DNA of 64,000 nt from Candidatus Parcubacteria bacterium (GTDB lineage Bacteria > Patescibacteriota > Minisyncoccia > Phycocordibacterales > Zambryskibacteraceae). Where the stretch lies: positions 1,181 through 65,180 of the forward strand of contig JAIFWO010000001.1 of the NCBI GenBank assembly GCA_019661895.1, read 5' to 3'. Shown piece by piece: positions 29,198 to 38,301 of the stretch. The position numbers and the translations under genes are program-made. Under the pieces are notes generated by a model. The model did not search any database. It was not told the DNA's origin and was given only the letters and a program-made list of their open reading frames with translations. Positions within the stretch are counted from its first letter, which is position 1. Each line of letters starts with the position of its first letter.

Positions 29198-29620
29198 TTG
29201 TACACTCACAGGAGAAGTGGCATGACTCATCAGGCACCAAACGATCGCAACGACATGTTCGTGTTCGTACTCCTCATGGAGTCAGGGAAATATACGCTCT
29301 CGTACGAAATCATTCAGAGCATGATCCATCCCTTCAAAGCGGCCTTAAGGCTCCAAGGCGTAAGAGTAAACGGTCTGGAACGGCAAACGGTTCACGAAGC
29401 TCTGGTAGAGGCTGTCGATCTGGGCCTTGCCCGACACTCTCGAGAAAACTCTTTGAACGTGTACTGGGTCAACAATGAGTTAATCAAAGAGTATATGCTG
29501 CGAGCTCATAGCGATCTGACTGCTGAAGAGCTTGCGTTCGCCAAGGAAGCGGCGAAGATTGCTGTTGCAAACACCTTTAGACCAAGGGTCAATGGCACAA
29601 AGAAACTGCCCGCTCTCTGA
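29198..29620 (+). CDS. hypothetical protein (140 aa)
   Basis: ORF with RBS AGGAG. A terminator follows at 29622-29645. Confidence 0.4.
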   Translation: MYTHRRSGMTHQAPNDRNDMFVFVLLMESGKYTLSYEIIQSMIHPFKAALRLQGVRVNGLERQTVHEALVEAVDLGLARHSRENSLNVYWVNNELIKEYMLRAHSDLTAEELAFAKEAAKIAVANTFRPRVNGTKKLPAL

Positions 29621-29633
29621 GCGGGTTTTTTAC

Positions 29634-29694
29634 TTGCAAAACTTATAAAAGTATGGATATATATGTCTAGACAGACCCCACCAGAGGAGAACTC
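29634..29694 (+). promoter_or_regulatory. cassette promoter/leader L3 (TTGCAA-17-TATATA; palindrome GTCTAGAC-AGACC; GAGGAG RBS)
   Basis: The AGACC element is shared with L1 and L2. Confidence 0.45.
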
Positions 29695-30123
29695 ATGAGC
29701 CACCCGGGAGGAAAGTCCTTGGAGGCAAGTGAAGTCTGCCTCCTCTTGCTACAATGCTTCGACGAAGAGAATGTCGCCGACATCGAAGTGGATGGATTGA
29801 CTCATGCGTTCGGCTACCTCATTAACCTGCTCCTCGAAGCTGGCGTCATCAAGAAGTCTGGCCTGACGTATAGGCACGAGCCATTCAGATATGAGGTCGT
29901 CACGGCGGTGATCGAGAACCTGGTTGAGAAAAAGATCGCCACCGTAAGTCACGAGGGCCACACTGAGATGCTCGAGCTTGGTCCTGGCACTTGGGGTCGC
30001 ATCGAATCGCTTCTTCGGGAGCGCGGGATGTCGGCTGAGGACAAGCGAGCGTATCTGCCGTATTGCCGCAAGGCCTTCCAATACTACAAGGGCGACATAC
30101 GCTCTTACGGCTGCGATGAATGA
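29695..30123 (+). CDS. hypothetical protein (142 aa)
   Basis: ORF. A terminator (ctgcgat-gaatg-atcgcag + T6) follows. Confidence 0.4.
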   Translation: MSHPGGKSLEASEVCLLLLQCFDEENVADIEVDGLTHAFGYLINLLLEAGVIKKSGLTYRHEPFRYEVVTAVIENLVEKKIATVSHEGHTEMLELGPGTWGRIESLLRERGMSAEDKRAYLPYCRKAFQYYKGDIRSYGCDE

Positions 30124-30137
30124 TCGCAGCTTTTTTA

Positions 30138-30207
30138 TTGCAAAATTACTTAAAGTGTGGTTAAATATGAAAAGACAGCACCCATCATCTTCTTGCCAGG
30201 TGAGACA
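30138..30207 (+). promoter_or_regulatory. cassette promoter/leader L4 (TTGCAA-17-TTAAAT; AGACAGCACCC; GGTGAG RBS)
   Basis: Same design as L1-L3. Confidence 0.45.
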
Positions 30208-30651
30208 ATGCCGACAACACCCACTCACTCTCTTATCGACGCACTTCCCGAGAGAGACCAGCGCCGCTTCACCTTCATGCTTGAAGCGCTCTTCGACCTC
30301 TGGAAAAACAATCAATCGAGCATCGAGCGGCCCCTCTTCAGTCGGATGCTCAGAGAAGTCCTCAGGTATGTGCCGGCTGCCTACCGAACAGCTCTCGGCT
30401 CATTGGTCCACGAAAGTGATCCTTGCGACAAAGCCCTCGTCATCTTGCTTGAGGAAGCAACACGACTCGGATTCATCCGCTTCGACGCGGATCACGACAC
30501 TATTTATCTCAACAGCGAGATGATAGTGGGCCTCCGAACATTTCTCAATCAAGGAAAAAGGTTTTACCTCGACATTCTGGGTCCCATTCGGATAGGCATC
30601 AAATACTACCTGCGAGAGATTGCTCTTGAAAGCCGCCGCGACGATACTTAG
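30208..30651 (+). CDS. hypothetical protein (148 aa; start moved to ATG after RBS GGTGAG)
   Basis: The tracked ORF begins at 30157. The promoter -10 lies inside that extension, so the internal ATG at 30208 is preferred. Confidence 0.4.
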   Translation: MPTTPTHSLIDALPERDQRRFTFMLEALFDLWKNNQSSIERPLFSRMLREVLRYVPAAYRTALGSLVHESDPCDKALVILLEEATRLGFIRFDADHDTIYLNSEMIVGLRTFLNQGKRFYLDILGPIRIGIKYYLREIALESRRDDT

Positions 30652-30662
30652 TCGCGGTTTTT

Positions 30663-31190
30663 CTATGAATTAAACTGGGTCATGGCCGTCTGGAGACCCT
30701 CGGCAGAGAGAGTCTCGACCGCTTCGACGACTCTCTTCAAAACCTTTTTAAATATGAGCGCCTCTTTGGGAGAAAACTTTCCTAAGATATGGCGCTCCAC
30801 ATTCTTCTCGCCCAAAGGCTTTTTAATTTTGCCGCTAGGCGTCACAGGCGAAATGCCGATGCGAACACGGATAAAAGCCTCTGTCTTAAGCGCTCTGATG
30901 ATAGATTCGATGCCTTTGTGCCCGCCTGAGCCGCGATTGTAAGAAATCTTCATGGTTCCAAGCGGCAAATCGAGATCATCATAGATAATCACGAGCTTCT
31001 CGGCAGCCTTTTTGCTCTTTATTACCTTAGCCACGCCGCTTCCGGATTTATTCATGAAGGTGTCGAGAGAGATGAGCTTGATACCGTCGATTTCCTTCTT
31101 CGACAAAGCCTCGAGAGCCATGCGGCCTGTGTTATGGCGAGTCTCGGCGTAGGCCTCACCGGGGTTCCCGAGCCCAACGATTGTGTACAT
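30663..31190 (-). CDS. pth: peptidyl-tRNA hydrolase
   Basis: The N-terminus reads MYTIVGLGNPGEAYAETRHNTG. Overall Pth fold. Confidence 0.85.
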   Translation of the reverse strand: MYTIVGLGNPGEAYAETRHNTGRMALEALSKKEIDGIKLISLDTFMNKSGSGVAKVIKSKKAAEKLVIIYDDLDLPLGTMKISYNRGSGGHKGIESIIRALKTEAFIRVRIGISPVTPSGKIKKPLGEKNVERHILGKFSPKEALIFKKVLKRVVEAVETLSAEGLQTAMTQFNS

Positions 31191-31220
31191 TCGATAAGTA
31201 TAATACAATCTAGCGAAATT

Positions 31221-31784
31221 ATGGATCCAATGGAAAATTCTTCGAAGACTTCGACCTCGTTTTGGAAAGAATTGCTAAAGCTCGTCGCCATCGCGGCCAT
31301 TGTGGTCATCCCCTTCCGTCTCTACATCGCTCAACCCTTCATCGTCGACGGCGCCTCCATGGACCCGACCTTCGAGACAGGCCAGTATCTCATTGTCGAC
31401 GAGGTTACCTACCGCTTCCACCCTCCAGTACGAGGCTCGGTCCTCATCTTCAAGTACCCCAAGGACCCTTCGAAGTATTTCATTAAGCGCCTGATCGGCT
31501 TACCAGGTGAGACTGTCACCATAGAGAACGGCGTCGTGACGATCGTCGAACCGAATAAAGAAACGCTCACCCTCGACGAGCCGTACGTGAAGCTGGCTAA
31601 GTCCGAGACCTCTACCTATCGCGAGCTTGGACCCGACGAATACTTCGTCATGGGAGACAACCGCGCGGGTAGCGCCGACAGCCGCTTCTGGGGACCGGTG
31701 CCAAAGAAAAATATTATCGGCCGACCGATCCTGCGCGTGTGGCCCTTCAGCCTATTGCCTGGCAACATCAATGAATCCCATTAG
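31221..31784 (+). CDS. lepB: signal peptidase I
   Basis: The catalytic Ser sits in VDGASMDPTF. Box motifs IKRLIGLPGETV and MGDNRAGSADSRFWG are present. Confidence 0.85.
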   Translation: MDPMENSSKTSTSFWKELLKLVAIAAIVVIPFRLYIAQPFIVDGASMDPTFETGQYLIVDEVTYRFHPPVRGSVLIFKYPKDPSKYFIKRLIGLPGETVTIENGVVTIVEPNKETLTLDEPYVKLAKSETSTYRELGPDEYFVMGDNRAGSADSRFWGPVPKKNIIGRPILRVWPFSLLPGNINESH

Positions 31785-31855
31785 AAAGCACAACAAAACA
31801 AGTTTCCAAGATAAATATTTGTATATGAGCGTTATTAGCAGTACTTTCTAACGGG

Positions 31856-33028
31856 ATGAATCCAACTAAATCTTCAACCGCCATAAAAGAGAGCGAGGCC
31901 TCGACCCGCGCATTTGTTATCGGCATGAAGAAAGTGGAGATAGACCGCGCCCTCTACATCGCGGCCCACTTCGGCTTCACCCCTATCGAGGCACCGAAGG
32001 TAACGGAGAGTGACGCCAAGATGGTGGAAGACTGCGCGGAAGTAATCGAGAGAGTGCCAGGCCGCTTCGTCTGCGACCCCACAGAGAAGGCCGCCTTCTT
32101 GCGCACGTATATAGAGAAGGGCTTGGTCTCGCACCCGCACCCTATGGCTCTCGCCTGGCACAAGGGACATAACTATTCTCTGGAGCTTATCGGCTTCCCC
32201 TTCGGCGTGGCCGAGGCCAAGCTCATCCGTACCGCGCTCTCGATCTTAAACGAGGAAGGCTTCAAGAATTTGGTGGTCGAGCTCAATACCATCGGTGACA
32301 AGGAGTCCATTACCGCTTACGAGCACGAGCTTCATAACTTCGTGCGTAAAGTTCATCACACCCTCTCAGCTGAGGCCAAGAAACTTGTTAAAGATAATAT
32401 CTTCTCAGTCGCGGCCATGCCCGAGGTCGACATCCCGCTCCCCTCCTCGATCTCCACTCTCAGCATTCAGAGCCGAGCGCAGTTCAAGGAGGTGCTCTCG
32501 TATTTGGACGCGCTTGGGGTCGACTTCCGCTTCGCGCCGGGACTTGTGGGCAACAAGCACTTCTGCTCTGAGACTTTGTTTACCATTAGAGACGCGGACA
32601 ACACGCTCCTGGCCGGAGGATATCGTTACTCGCGCCTCTCCAAACGCTTCGGATTCAAAAAGGAGTTACAACTCGTCGGAGCCACCGTCTATTGCGATCT
32701 TAAAAAGGATTCGGCCAAGAAGGTGTACAAGGATCTGCCCAGACCCAAGTTCTACTTAGTCCAACTCGGGCGCGAGGCCAAGATGAGAGCCTTGCCGCTG
32801 ATCGAGCTCCTTCGCACGCACCATATTCCTATCTACCACTTCTTAGGCAAGGACAAGATCACCGCTCAGATGCAGACCGCGGACAATCTCCGGGTGCCGT
32901 ATATCTTGATCATCGGACAAAAGGAGGCTCTGGAAAATACTGTCACCATCCGTAACACCTCCACCCGCGCCCAAGACACCATTCCTTTGAAAGACTTGCC
33001 CTTCTACCTCAAGAACCTGCCGTTTTAG
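31856..33028 (+). CDS. hisS: class II aaRS HisRS-like protein (divergent histidine--tRNA ligase or HisZ-like paralogue)
   Basis: The motif-3-like segment is LLAGGYRY. An ELNTIGD block and a C-terminal anticodon-binding-like domain (IIGQKEALENTVTIRN) are present. Motif 2 is atypical. Confidence 0.5.
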   Translation: MNPTKSSTAIKESEASTRAFVIGMKKVEIDRALYIAAHFGFTPIEAPKVTESDAKMVEDCAEVIERVPGRFVCDPTEKAAFLRTYIEKGLVSHPHPMALAWHKGHNYSLELIGFPFGVAEAKLIRTALSILNEEGFKNLVVELNTIGDKESITAYEHELHNFVRKVHHTLSAEAKKLVKDNIFSVAAMPEVDIPLPSSISTLSIQSRAQFKEVLSYLDALGVDFRFAPGLVGNKHFCSETLFTIRDADNTLLAGGYRYSRLSKRFGFKKELQLVGATVYCDLKKDSAKKVYKDLPRPKFYLVQLGREAKMRALPLIELLRTHHIPIYHFLGKDKITAQMQTADNLRVPYILIIGQKEALENTVTIRNTSTRAQDTIPLKDLPFYLKNLPF

Positions 33029-33057
33029 TTGACATTTATACCGAAGGGTGATATAAT
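33029..33057 (+). promoter_or_regulatory. consensus sigma70 promoter (TTGACA-17-TATAAT)
   Basis: Both hexamers are perfect. It lies upstream of the 33093 small gene. Confidence 0.55.
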
Positions 33058-33092
33058 GCTCACAGAGCAGCCAAACCCCAACCGGACGGCAA

Positions 33093-33392
33093 ATGAGAAC
33101 CCTCGTCGAGCTTGAAGTCCCAGCTCAGGATGCAAAGTGCAGCAGTAAGTATTACCTCAAGGAGTGCCCGCACTTCCCCCTCACTCTTGCGCAGCCGCAG
33201 GGGTTGTGGATGCCCAAGGGAACAGGCACCCTTGGATCCTTCGTCTTCAAATCCATTTTTGGAAATGAAGAAGACAACGCCCTCGTGGTCTGCTTCAGAC
33301 TCAACGGATATCCACCCGATGAAGAAATTGCAAGGAACCTTGGGGATGAGCTCACGAAAGTAGGCTGGGTTGAGGGTCAATACGAATTCTAG
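33093..33392 (+). CDS. hypothetical small protein (99 aa) with its own promoter and strong terminator
   Basis: The promoter is at 33029-33057 and the terminator at 33409-33444 (13-bp stem + T-run). Confidence 0.4.
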   Translation: MRTLVELEVPAQDAKCSSKYYLKECPHFPLTLAQPQGLWMPKGTGTLGSFVFKSIFGNEEDNALVVCFRLNGYPPDEEIARNLGDELTKVGWVEGQYEF

Positions 33393-33408
33393 TACTTGAC
33401 CACCTATC

Positions 33409-33444
33409 AGCCGGATGAACGCATTGCGTTCATCCGGCTTTTCC
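33409..33444 (+). terminator. intrinsic terminator
   Basis: The hairpin agccggatgaacg-cattg-cgttcatccggct is followed by tttcc. Confidence 0.65.
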
Positions 33445-33488
33445 ATACTTGCCTCTACTGTATAGATGTGCTAAAGTACGCGGACCTC

Positions 33489-33740
33489 ATGATAAATATT
33501 GAAGTCGTAAAAGGTAATAACGAAAACAATCTAAGCGTCCTCAGGCGCTTCCAGAAGCGCGTCCAGGGAGCCGGCATTCTGACCAAAGTCCGCTCACGCC
33601 GCTACAGCGAGCGCATCAAAAGCGAGAATGTCAAACGCGCGAAGACCCTCTCCTACCTCAAGAAGAAGGAGAATATAAACGAGCTCTTGAAGCTCGGCAA
33701 AATGAATGAACTCCAGAAATTTGGCAAGAAAAGACGATAA
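33489..33740 (+). CDS. rpsU: 30S ribosomal protein S21
   Basis: The sequence reads MINIEVVKGNNENNLSVLRRFQKRVQGAGILTKVRSRRYSE... with a basic tail. Confidence 0.8.
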   Translation: MINIEVVKGNNENNLSVLRRFQKRVQGAGILTKVRSRRYSERIKSENVKRAKTLSYLKKKENINELLKLGKMNELQKFGKKRR

Positions 33741-34155
33741 GATCGAGGACTTCTCCATCCAAAACTTGACTAAAGCGAAAGGCACACCCGAAGGTGCGCC
33801 TTTCAAAGCTACTAAACGCAAAGTCTTAGGCGACTCTTACAGACTCTCATTAGTCCTCTGCGGTGACGCCCTCTCGCGCCGACTCAACCGCGCGTACCGC
33901 AAGAAAGATAAGCCGACCAATGTCCTCGCCTTCCCTCTCTCAAAAGATTCTGGAGAAATTTTCATAAATCTGAAGAAAGTTAAACCCTTTAGCGTCGAAT
34001 TCCTCTTTATCCACGGGCTCCTTCATTTGAAAGGAATGGAACACGGCGCTACAATGGAGAGAAGAGAACAAGAACTCTTGAAAAAATTTTATGGCCCGCC
34101 ACATCGCAGCCGGAATCGACATCGGAACGTACCAAGTAAAGGCGGTCATCGCTGA
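33706..34155 (+). CDS. ybeY: rRNA maturation endoribonuclease YbeY
   Basis: The motifs NVLAFPL...GEI and HGLLHLKGMEH (metal-binding H..H) are present. The 3' end overlaps ftsA by about 65 nt. Confidence 0.75.
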   Translation: MNSRNLARKDDKIEDFSIQNLTKAKGTPEGAPFKATKRKVLGDSYRLSLVLCGDALSRRLNRAYRKKDKPTNVLAFPLSKDSGEIFINLKKVKPFSVEFLFIHGLLHLKGMEHGATMERREQELLKKFYGPPHRSRNRHRNVPSKGGHR

Positions 34156-35296
34156 GGAACTTGTGCTTGAGAGCGGACGCGTCATGCCGAAGATCATTGG
34201 CACGGGCACGAGCGAGTCGAAGGGTCTCCACCAAGGCTACATTACGAACCAAAGCGAGGTGACCAGAAGCGTGCGCGCCGCGGTGGCCGCCGCCGAGAAG
34301 GCCGCCGGGGTCGAGGTCAAGCGCGCCTTCGTCTCGGTGGGAGGCATAGGGCTCTCGGGCGTGGCTACCACGGGCTCTACGGCTATCTCTCGAGCCGACC
34401 TTGAGATTACACCTCTCGATATCGAGAAGGCTTCCGAATCGGCCGAGGCGGCTATCCCCCACGCTCTCTCTTTGAACAGAAAGATCATCAACACCATTCC
34501 TCTGGAATGGAAGCTCGATGGCAAGACGGCCCTTGGTAGGATCGAGGGTTCGAGAGCCTCGAAGATCGAGGTCAAAACTCTTTTCATAACTTGTCTGGAA
34601 CATCACTTGGAAGACCTCATCGGTTCCGTCGAGGAAGCTGGCATCGAAGTGGTCGACGTGGTAGCCGCGCCTATTGCCGCCTCGTTCGTCACTCTCTCTA
34701 AAAAGCAGAAGAAGGCCGGCTGCGTATTGGCCAATATCGGCGCGGAGACGCTCTCGATCGTAGTCTTCGAGAATTCTAATCCCATTTCCTTAGAAGTCTT
34801 TGAGATCGGCTCGATGGACATAACCAACGACATCGCTCTTGGCTTGAAGATCCCTCTCGAGGAGGCCGAGTCGATCAAACTTGGGAGCGTGACCCGCACC
34901 ACCTACCCGAAGAAGAAGTACGAAGACATCGTGGCCGCCCGACTCTCTGACATGTTCGAACTGGTGGAAGGGCATTTGAAGAAGATCGGCCGCAACGCTC
35001 TCTTGCCGGCGGGCATCATCATTACCGGCGGCGGAGCGGGCATCATGGGAGTGAGAGACGCCGCCGAGACGGCCCTCAAACTTCCCTCGAAGATCGCTGA
35101 GATCCACTTCGGAGATGTGGAGAAGCATGGGAGCAAGGACTCCATCTGGTCGATAGCCTTCGGCCTAGCCATTGTCGGCTTCAATTCTGAGAACGAGCAA
35201 GGCTCGGTCGGCCTCAAACCCGTGGCCAAACTGGCCGCCTCCGGCAAGCGCGGCATGCGCACCCTCTCTGAGTGGTTCTCCAAATTCCTACCATAA
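34091..35296 (+). CDS. ftsA: cell division protein FtsA (actin-like ATPase)
   Basis: The phosphate-1 motif GIDIGTYQVKAVIAE and later actin-fold motifs are present. Confidence 0.85.
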   Translation: MARHIAAGIDIGTYQVKAVIAEELVLESGRVMPKIIGTGTSESKGLHQGYITNQSEVTRSVRAAVAAAEKAAGVEVKRAFVSVGGIGLSGVATTGSTAISRADLEITPLDIEKASESAEAAIPHALSLNRKIINTIPLEWKLDGKTALGRIEGSRASKIEVKTLFITCLEHHLEDLIGSVEEAGIEVVDVVAAPIAASFVTLSKKQKKAGCVLANIGAETLSIVVFENSNPISLEVFEIGSMDITNDIALGLKIPLEEAESIKLGSVTRTTYPKKKYEDIVAARLSDMFELVEGHLKKIGRNALLPAGIIITGGGAGIMGVRDAAETALKLPSKIAEIHFGDVEKHGSKDSIWSIAFGLAIVGFNSENEQGSVGLKPVAKLAASGKRGMRTLSEWFSKFLP

Positions 35297-35352
35297 TTTT
35301 CTATATCTGCTAGTATCTCTGAGGACACTTTGACCTTTCACAAGGAGATGCA

Positions 35353-36399
35353 ATGCTCTCAGAATGTATTCATGACGAGACAACCGCCGAAGCTAACCAA
35401 CACATCGGGTGCTTATCCCACCTCCGCACCGATAAGGGACGCAGGATCCGTGATCACAGTCCCGAAGAACCGATCCTCATTCCAAATGATTTTATTTCGG
35501 ACCGGTCAAGAATCACCTCGTCGAAAGCGTATAGACTGATGGCCCTCAAGACACAGGTGCTCACCGAGCCTGGTAACCCGTTCATTCGGACACGGCTCGC
35601 TCATGTGCTCGAAGTTGATGCGATCTCGAACATCTTGGCAAATGCGCTCGGGCTCAACGACCACTTGGTATCGGCTATTGCGCATGGTCACGATATTGGT
35701 CATGTACCGCTTGGCCACCCAGGAGAACACTTTCTCGCCAAACATATAGGGCGCAAGGAGTTCTGCCATGAGATACTTGGACCCCTGGTTGCTCAAAAGA
35801 TTGAGCGCAAGGGACAAGGTCTAAACCTCACCTGGGAGACACTCGACGGCATGATGCGTCATAGTGGCAATACCGCCCGTCCAGAGATGACGCAAGAGGC
35901 TTGGGTGGTACGCTATGGGGATAAGTTCGCATACATATTCGCAGATTACAGTGACTTGTCGAAGCGCATGAAATGCCCAATCCCAGCAGAGCTCACCGAA
36001 CTCATGAACAAGTTCGGAATCTCGCAGCGGAGTCGCACTAGCTTGGCCATGGCCGGGCTAATCGTGGAATCTGCTGAGATGAAACGTGTGAGTTTCGAAC
36101 ACTCGGAACTCGCCAAGAATTTCGCTCGGCTACGGGAGCTCATGATGGGCGTATATGTCCATGTCACGGAACAAAGCCTTGGCGGCATTATTGAGCCAGT
36201 GCTCAAATTTCTCGAAACCCTCAACCTCGGTGATCCATATCTGCTATTCGCCCTGATGACAGACAAAGACGTGATATATCTGGCGAATAAATCGAACAGA
36301 AACTTCACACATCTGCAGGATACAGCTCTCGCCGAACGGCTTCCCTATCTTGAATCAATAGGGAAACTCGATCTCTGTAATCCCTACCTCGATTGGTGA
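35353..36399 (+). CDS. HD-domain phosphohydrolase of the dGTP triphosphohydrolase (Dgt-like) family
   Basis: The N-terminal segment reads KAYRLMALKTQVL...RTRLAHVLEV, and the HD motif reads AHGHDIGHVPLGHPGE. Confidence 0.65.
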   Translation: MLSECIHDETTAEANQHIGCLSHLRTDKGRRIRDHSPEEPILIPNDFISDRSRITSSKAYRLMALKTQVLTEPGNPFIRTRLAHVLEVDAISNILANALGLNDHLVSAIAHGHDIGHVPLGHPGEHFLAKHIGRKEFCHEILGPLVAQKIERKGQGLNLTWETLDGMMRHSGNTARPEMTQEAWVVRYGDKFAYIFADYSDLSKRMKCPIPAELTELMNKFGISQRSRTSLAMAGLIVESAEMKRVSFEHSELAKNFARLRELMMGVYVHVTEQSLGGIIEPVLKFLETLNLGDPYLLFALMTDKDVIYLANKSNRNFTHLQDTALAERLPYLESIGKLDLCNPYLDW

Positions 36400-36402
36400 T
36401 TT

Positions 36403-36951
36403 ATGACTAATCAACTTATCGAGATCGAGCGCAAGTTCCGGCTGGATAATTTCCATCCGAGCATGATTCCGGCCGATGCAATCCTCACTGAATTGGTACA
36501 AGATTACCTGCTCAGTCCGCCTGGATCGGAGAGGCGTGTACGAGCGATCCAAAGTACCACTGGTATCTGGAAACACATCTACAATGAGAAGGGTCAGACC
36601 GGGGATGTTCGCATACGCACCGAACTGAAACGTGAGTTGAGCGAGGAGGAGTACCGCTCACTTCTAGAAGAAGTGGACCCGCAGCGAGCTACGATTCGTA
36701 AACTTCGGCACACCTTTCCTCACGCTGGTCAGACTCTCGAGCTCGACAAGTATCACGCTATACCAGCTCTTTACATCGTTGAGCACGAGATGGAGCATGT
36801 CGGCGTCGAAGTCGTCAAGCCAGATGGCTGGCAATGGACCGAGGTCACCAACGATCGCGATTATGGTAATTATGCTATTGCTCGGCTCCTCAAGATTGGT
36901 CAAGCGACGAGGCTCGTTAAGACTCCAGCACTTTCTTCCCCACAAGCCTAG
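36403..36951 (+). CDS. CYTH-domain protein (triphosphate tunnel metalloenzyme / class IV adenylate cyclase-like)
   Basis: The N-terminal EIERKF signature is present. The gene is 4 nt downstream of the HD gene. Confidence 0.6.
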   Translation: MTNQLIEIERKFRLDNFHPSMIPADAILTELVQDYLLSPPGSERRVRAIQSTTGIWKHIYNEKGQTGDVRIRTELKRELSEEEYRSLLEEVDPQRATIRKLRHTFPHAGQTLELDKYHAIPALYIVEHEMEHVGVEVVKPDGWQWTEVTNDRDYGNYAIARLLKIGQATRLVKTPALSSPQA

Positions 36952-36965
36952 CTTGTGGGGTTTTT
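36938..36965 (+). terminator. intrinsic terminator
   Basis: The hairpin ccccacaagc-ctag-cttgtgggg is followed by ttttt. Confidence 0.65.
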
Positions 36966-37066
36966 CTTAATTTCAGCTGTTTTTAAACGAAACAAATTGG
37001 CGTAATGTCAACTGTTTCCTTTTACCTCAAGTTTCTGTACTATATTGCCATCGTAACTATACAGAC

Positions 37067-38296
37067 ATGCCACAAGTCAAACCAGAAGTAGAAGCCTTTG
37101 CCCGCATCAAGGTCGTCGGCGTTGGCGGATCCGGGAAGAATGCGGTCAACCACATGATCAATTCGAAGGTCCGCGGCGTTGATTTCATCGCGGTCAATAC
37201 CGATGCGCAAGACCTTCATAACTCCATGGCCAAGAAGAAGGTCCATATCGGCAAGAACCTGACTCGCGGTCTCGGCGCAGGCATGAATCCCGAACTCGGC
37301 AAACGCGCGGTAGAAGAAACGAAGGAAGAGATCCAAGAAGCGATCAAGGGTGCGGACATGATCTTCATAGCGAGCGGCATGGGCGGCGGGACTGGCTCAG
37401 GCGCCGCGCCTATCATTGCTCGCACCGCTAAGGAAGCGGGAGTACTGACCGTAGCCGTCGTGACCAAGCCCTTCTTCTTCGAGGGCCAGCAACGCATGAG
37501 GATTGCCGAGAATGCCATAGAGGAATTGAAGCAGGCTGTTGACGCTATCATCGTCATCCCCAACGATCGCCTGCTCGCCACCATCGAGAAGGATACCAGC
37601 GCCAAGAACGCCTTCGCTATCTGTGACAATATTTTGAAGGAGGCGGTCGAGGGTATCTCGGACCTCATCACTATGCCAGGCATTATCAATATCGACTTCG
37701 CGGACATCCGCGCGGTCATGGAGAACGCCGGAGCAGCCCTGATGGGCATTGGCACTGGCAGCGGCGAGAAGCGCGCCGAGGATGCCGCCCGTGCCGCCAT
37801 CTCAAGTCCCCTTTTGGAAATTTCTATCAACGGCGCCAAGGGTGTGCTCTTCTCCATTGCTGGAGGCGACGACCTCACCATGTTTGAGATCCAGGATGCC
37901 GCCAAGGTCATCACCGAGAGCGTAGACCCGAACGCCAAGATCATCTTCGGTACTGTACGAGATGAGAAACTCAAAAAAGGCGAGGTCAAGATCACCGTGA
38001 TCGCCTCCTCCTTCCCAGAAAATCTCCAACGCCGCGCCACCTCGCTCTTCGGTGCTGGAGCACCGCCAAGCGCTCACAAGGAGCTCGCTGAGGAAGTCAA
38101 CCGCGGTAAGATCTTCAACACCTTCTCGCCCAAAAATGATAAGCAGAATGACAGACAGGAAGAGAAGCGCGACATACCTCCGCCTCAGAAGAAGCCGGAC
38201 ATCGTCCCTCCATCCCCCGCCACTCCTGTTATTGAAGACCCAGACGACGACTGGGGCGCCGTCCCAGCCTTCCTAAGGCGTTCGAAACTTAAATAA
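37067..38296 (+). CDS. ftsZ: cell division protein FtsZ
   Basis: The tubulin signature GGGTGSG is present, along with IKVVGVGGSGKNAVNHMI. Confidence 0.95.
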   Translation: MPQVKPEVEAFARIKVVGVGGSGKNAVNHMINSKVRGVDFIAVNTDAQDLHNSMAKKKVHIGKNLTRGLGAGMNPELGKRAVEETKEEIQEAIKGADMIFIASGMGGGTGSGAAPIIARTAKEAGVLTVAVVTKPFFFEGQQRMRIAENAIEELKQAVDAIIVIPNDRLLATIEKDTSAKNAFAICDNILKEAVEGISDLITMPGIINIDFADIRAVMENAGAALMGIGTGSGEKRAEDAARAAISSPLLEISINGAKGVLFSIAGGDDLTMFEIQDAAKVITESVDPNAKIIFGTVRDEKLKKGEVKITVIASSFPENLQRRATSLFGAGAPPSAHKELAEEVNRGKIFNTFSPKNDKQNDRQEEKRDIPPPQKKPDIVPPSPATPVIEDPDDDWGAVPAFLRRSKLK

Positions 38297-38301
38297 GAAA
38301 A

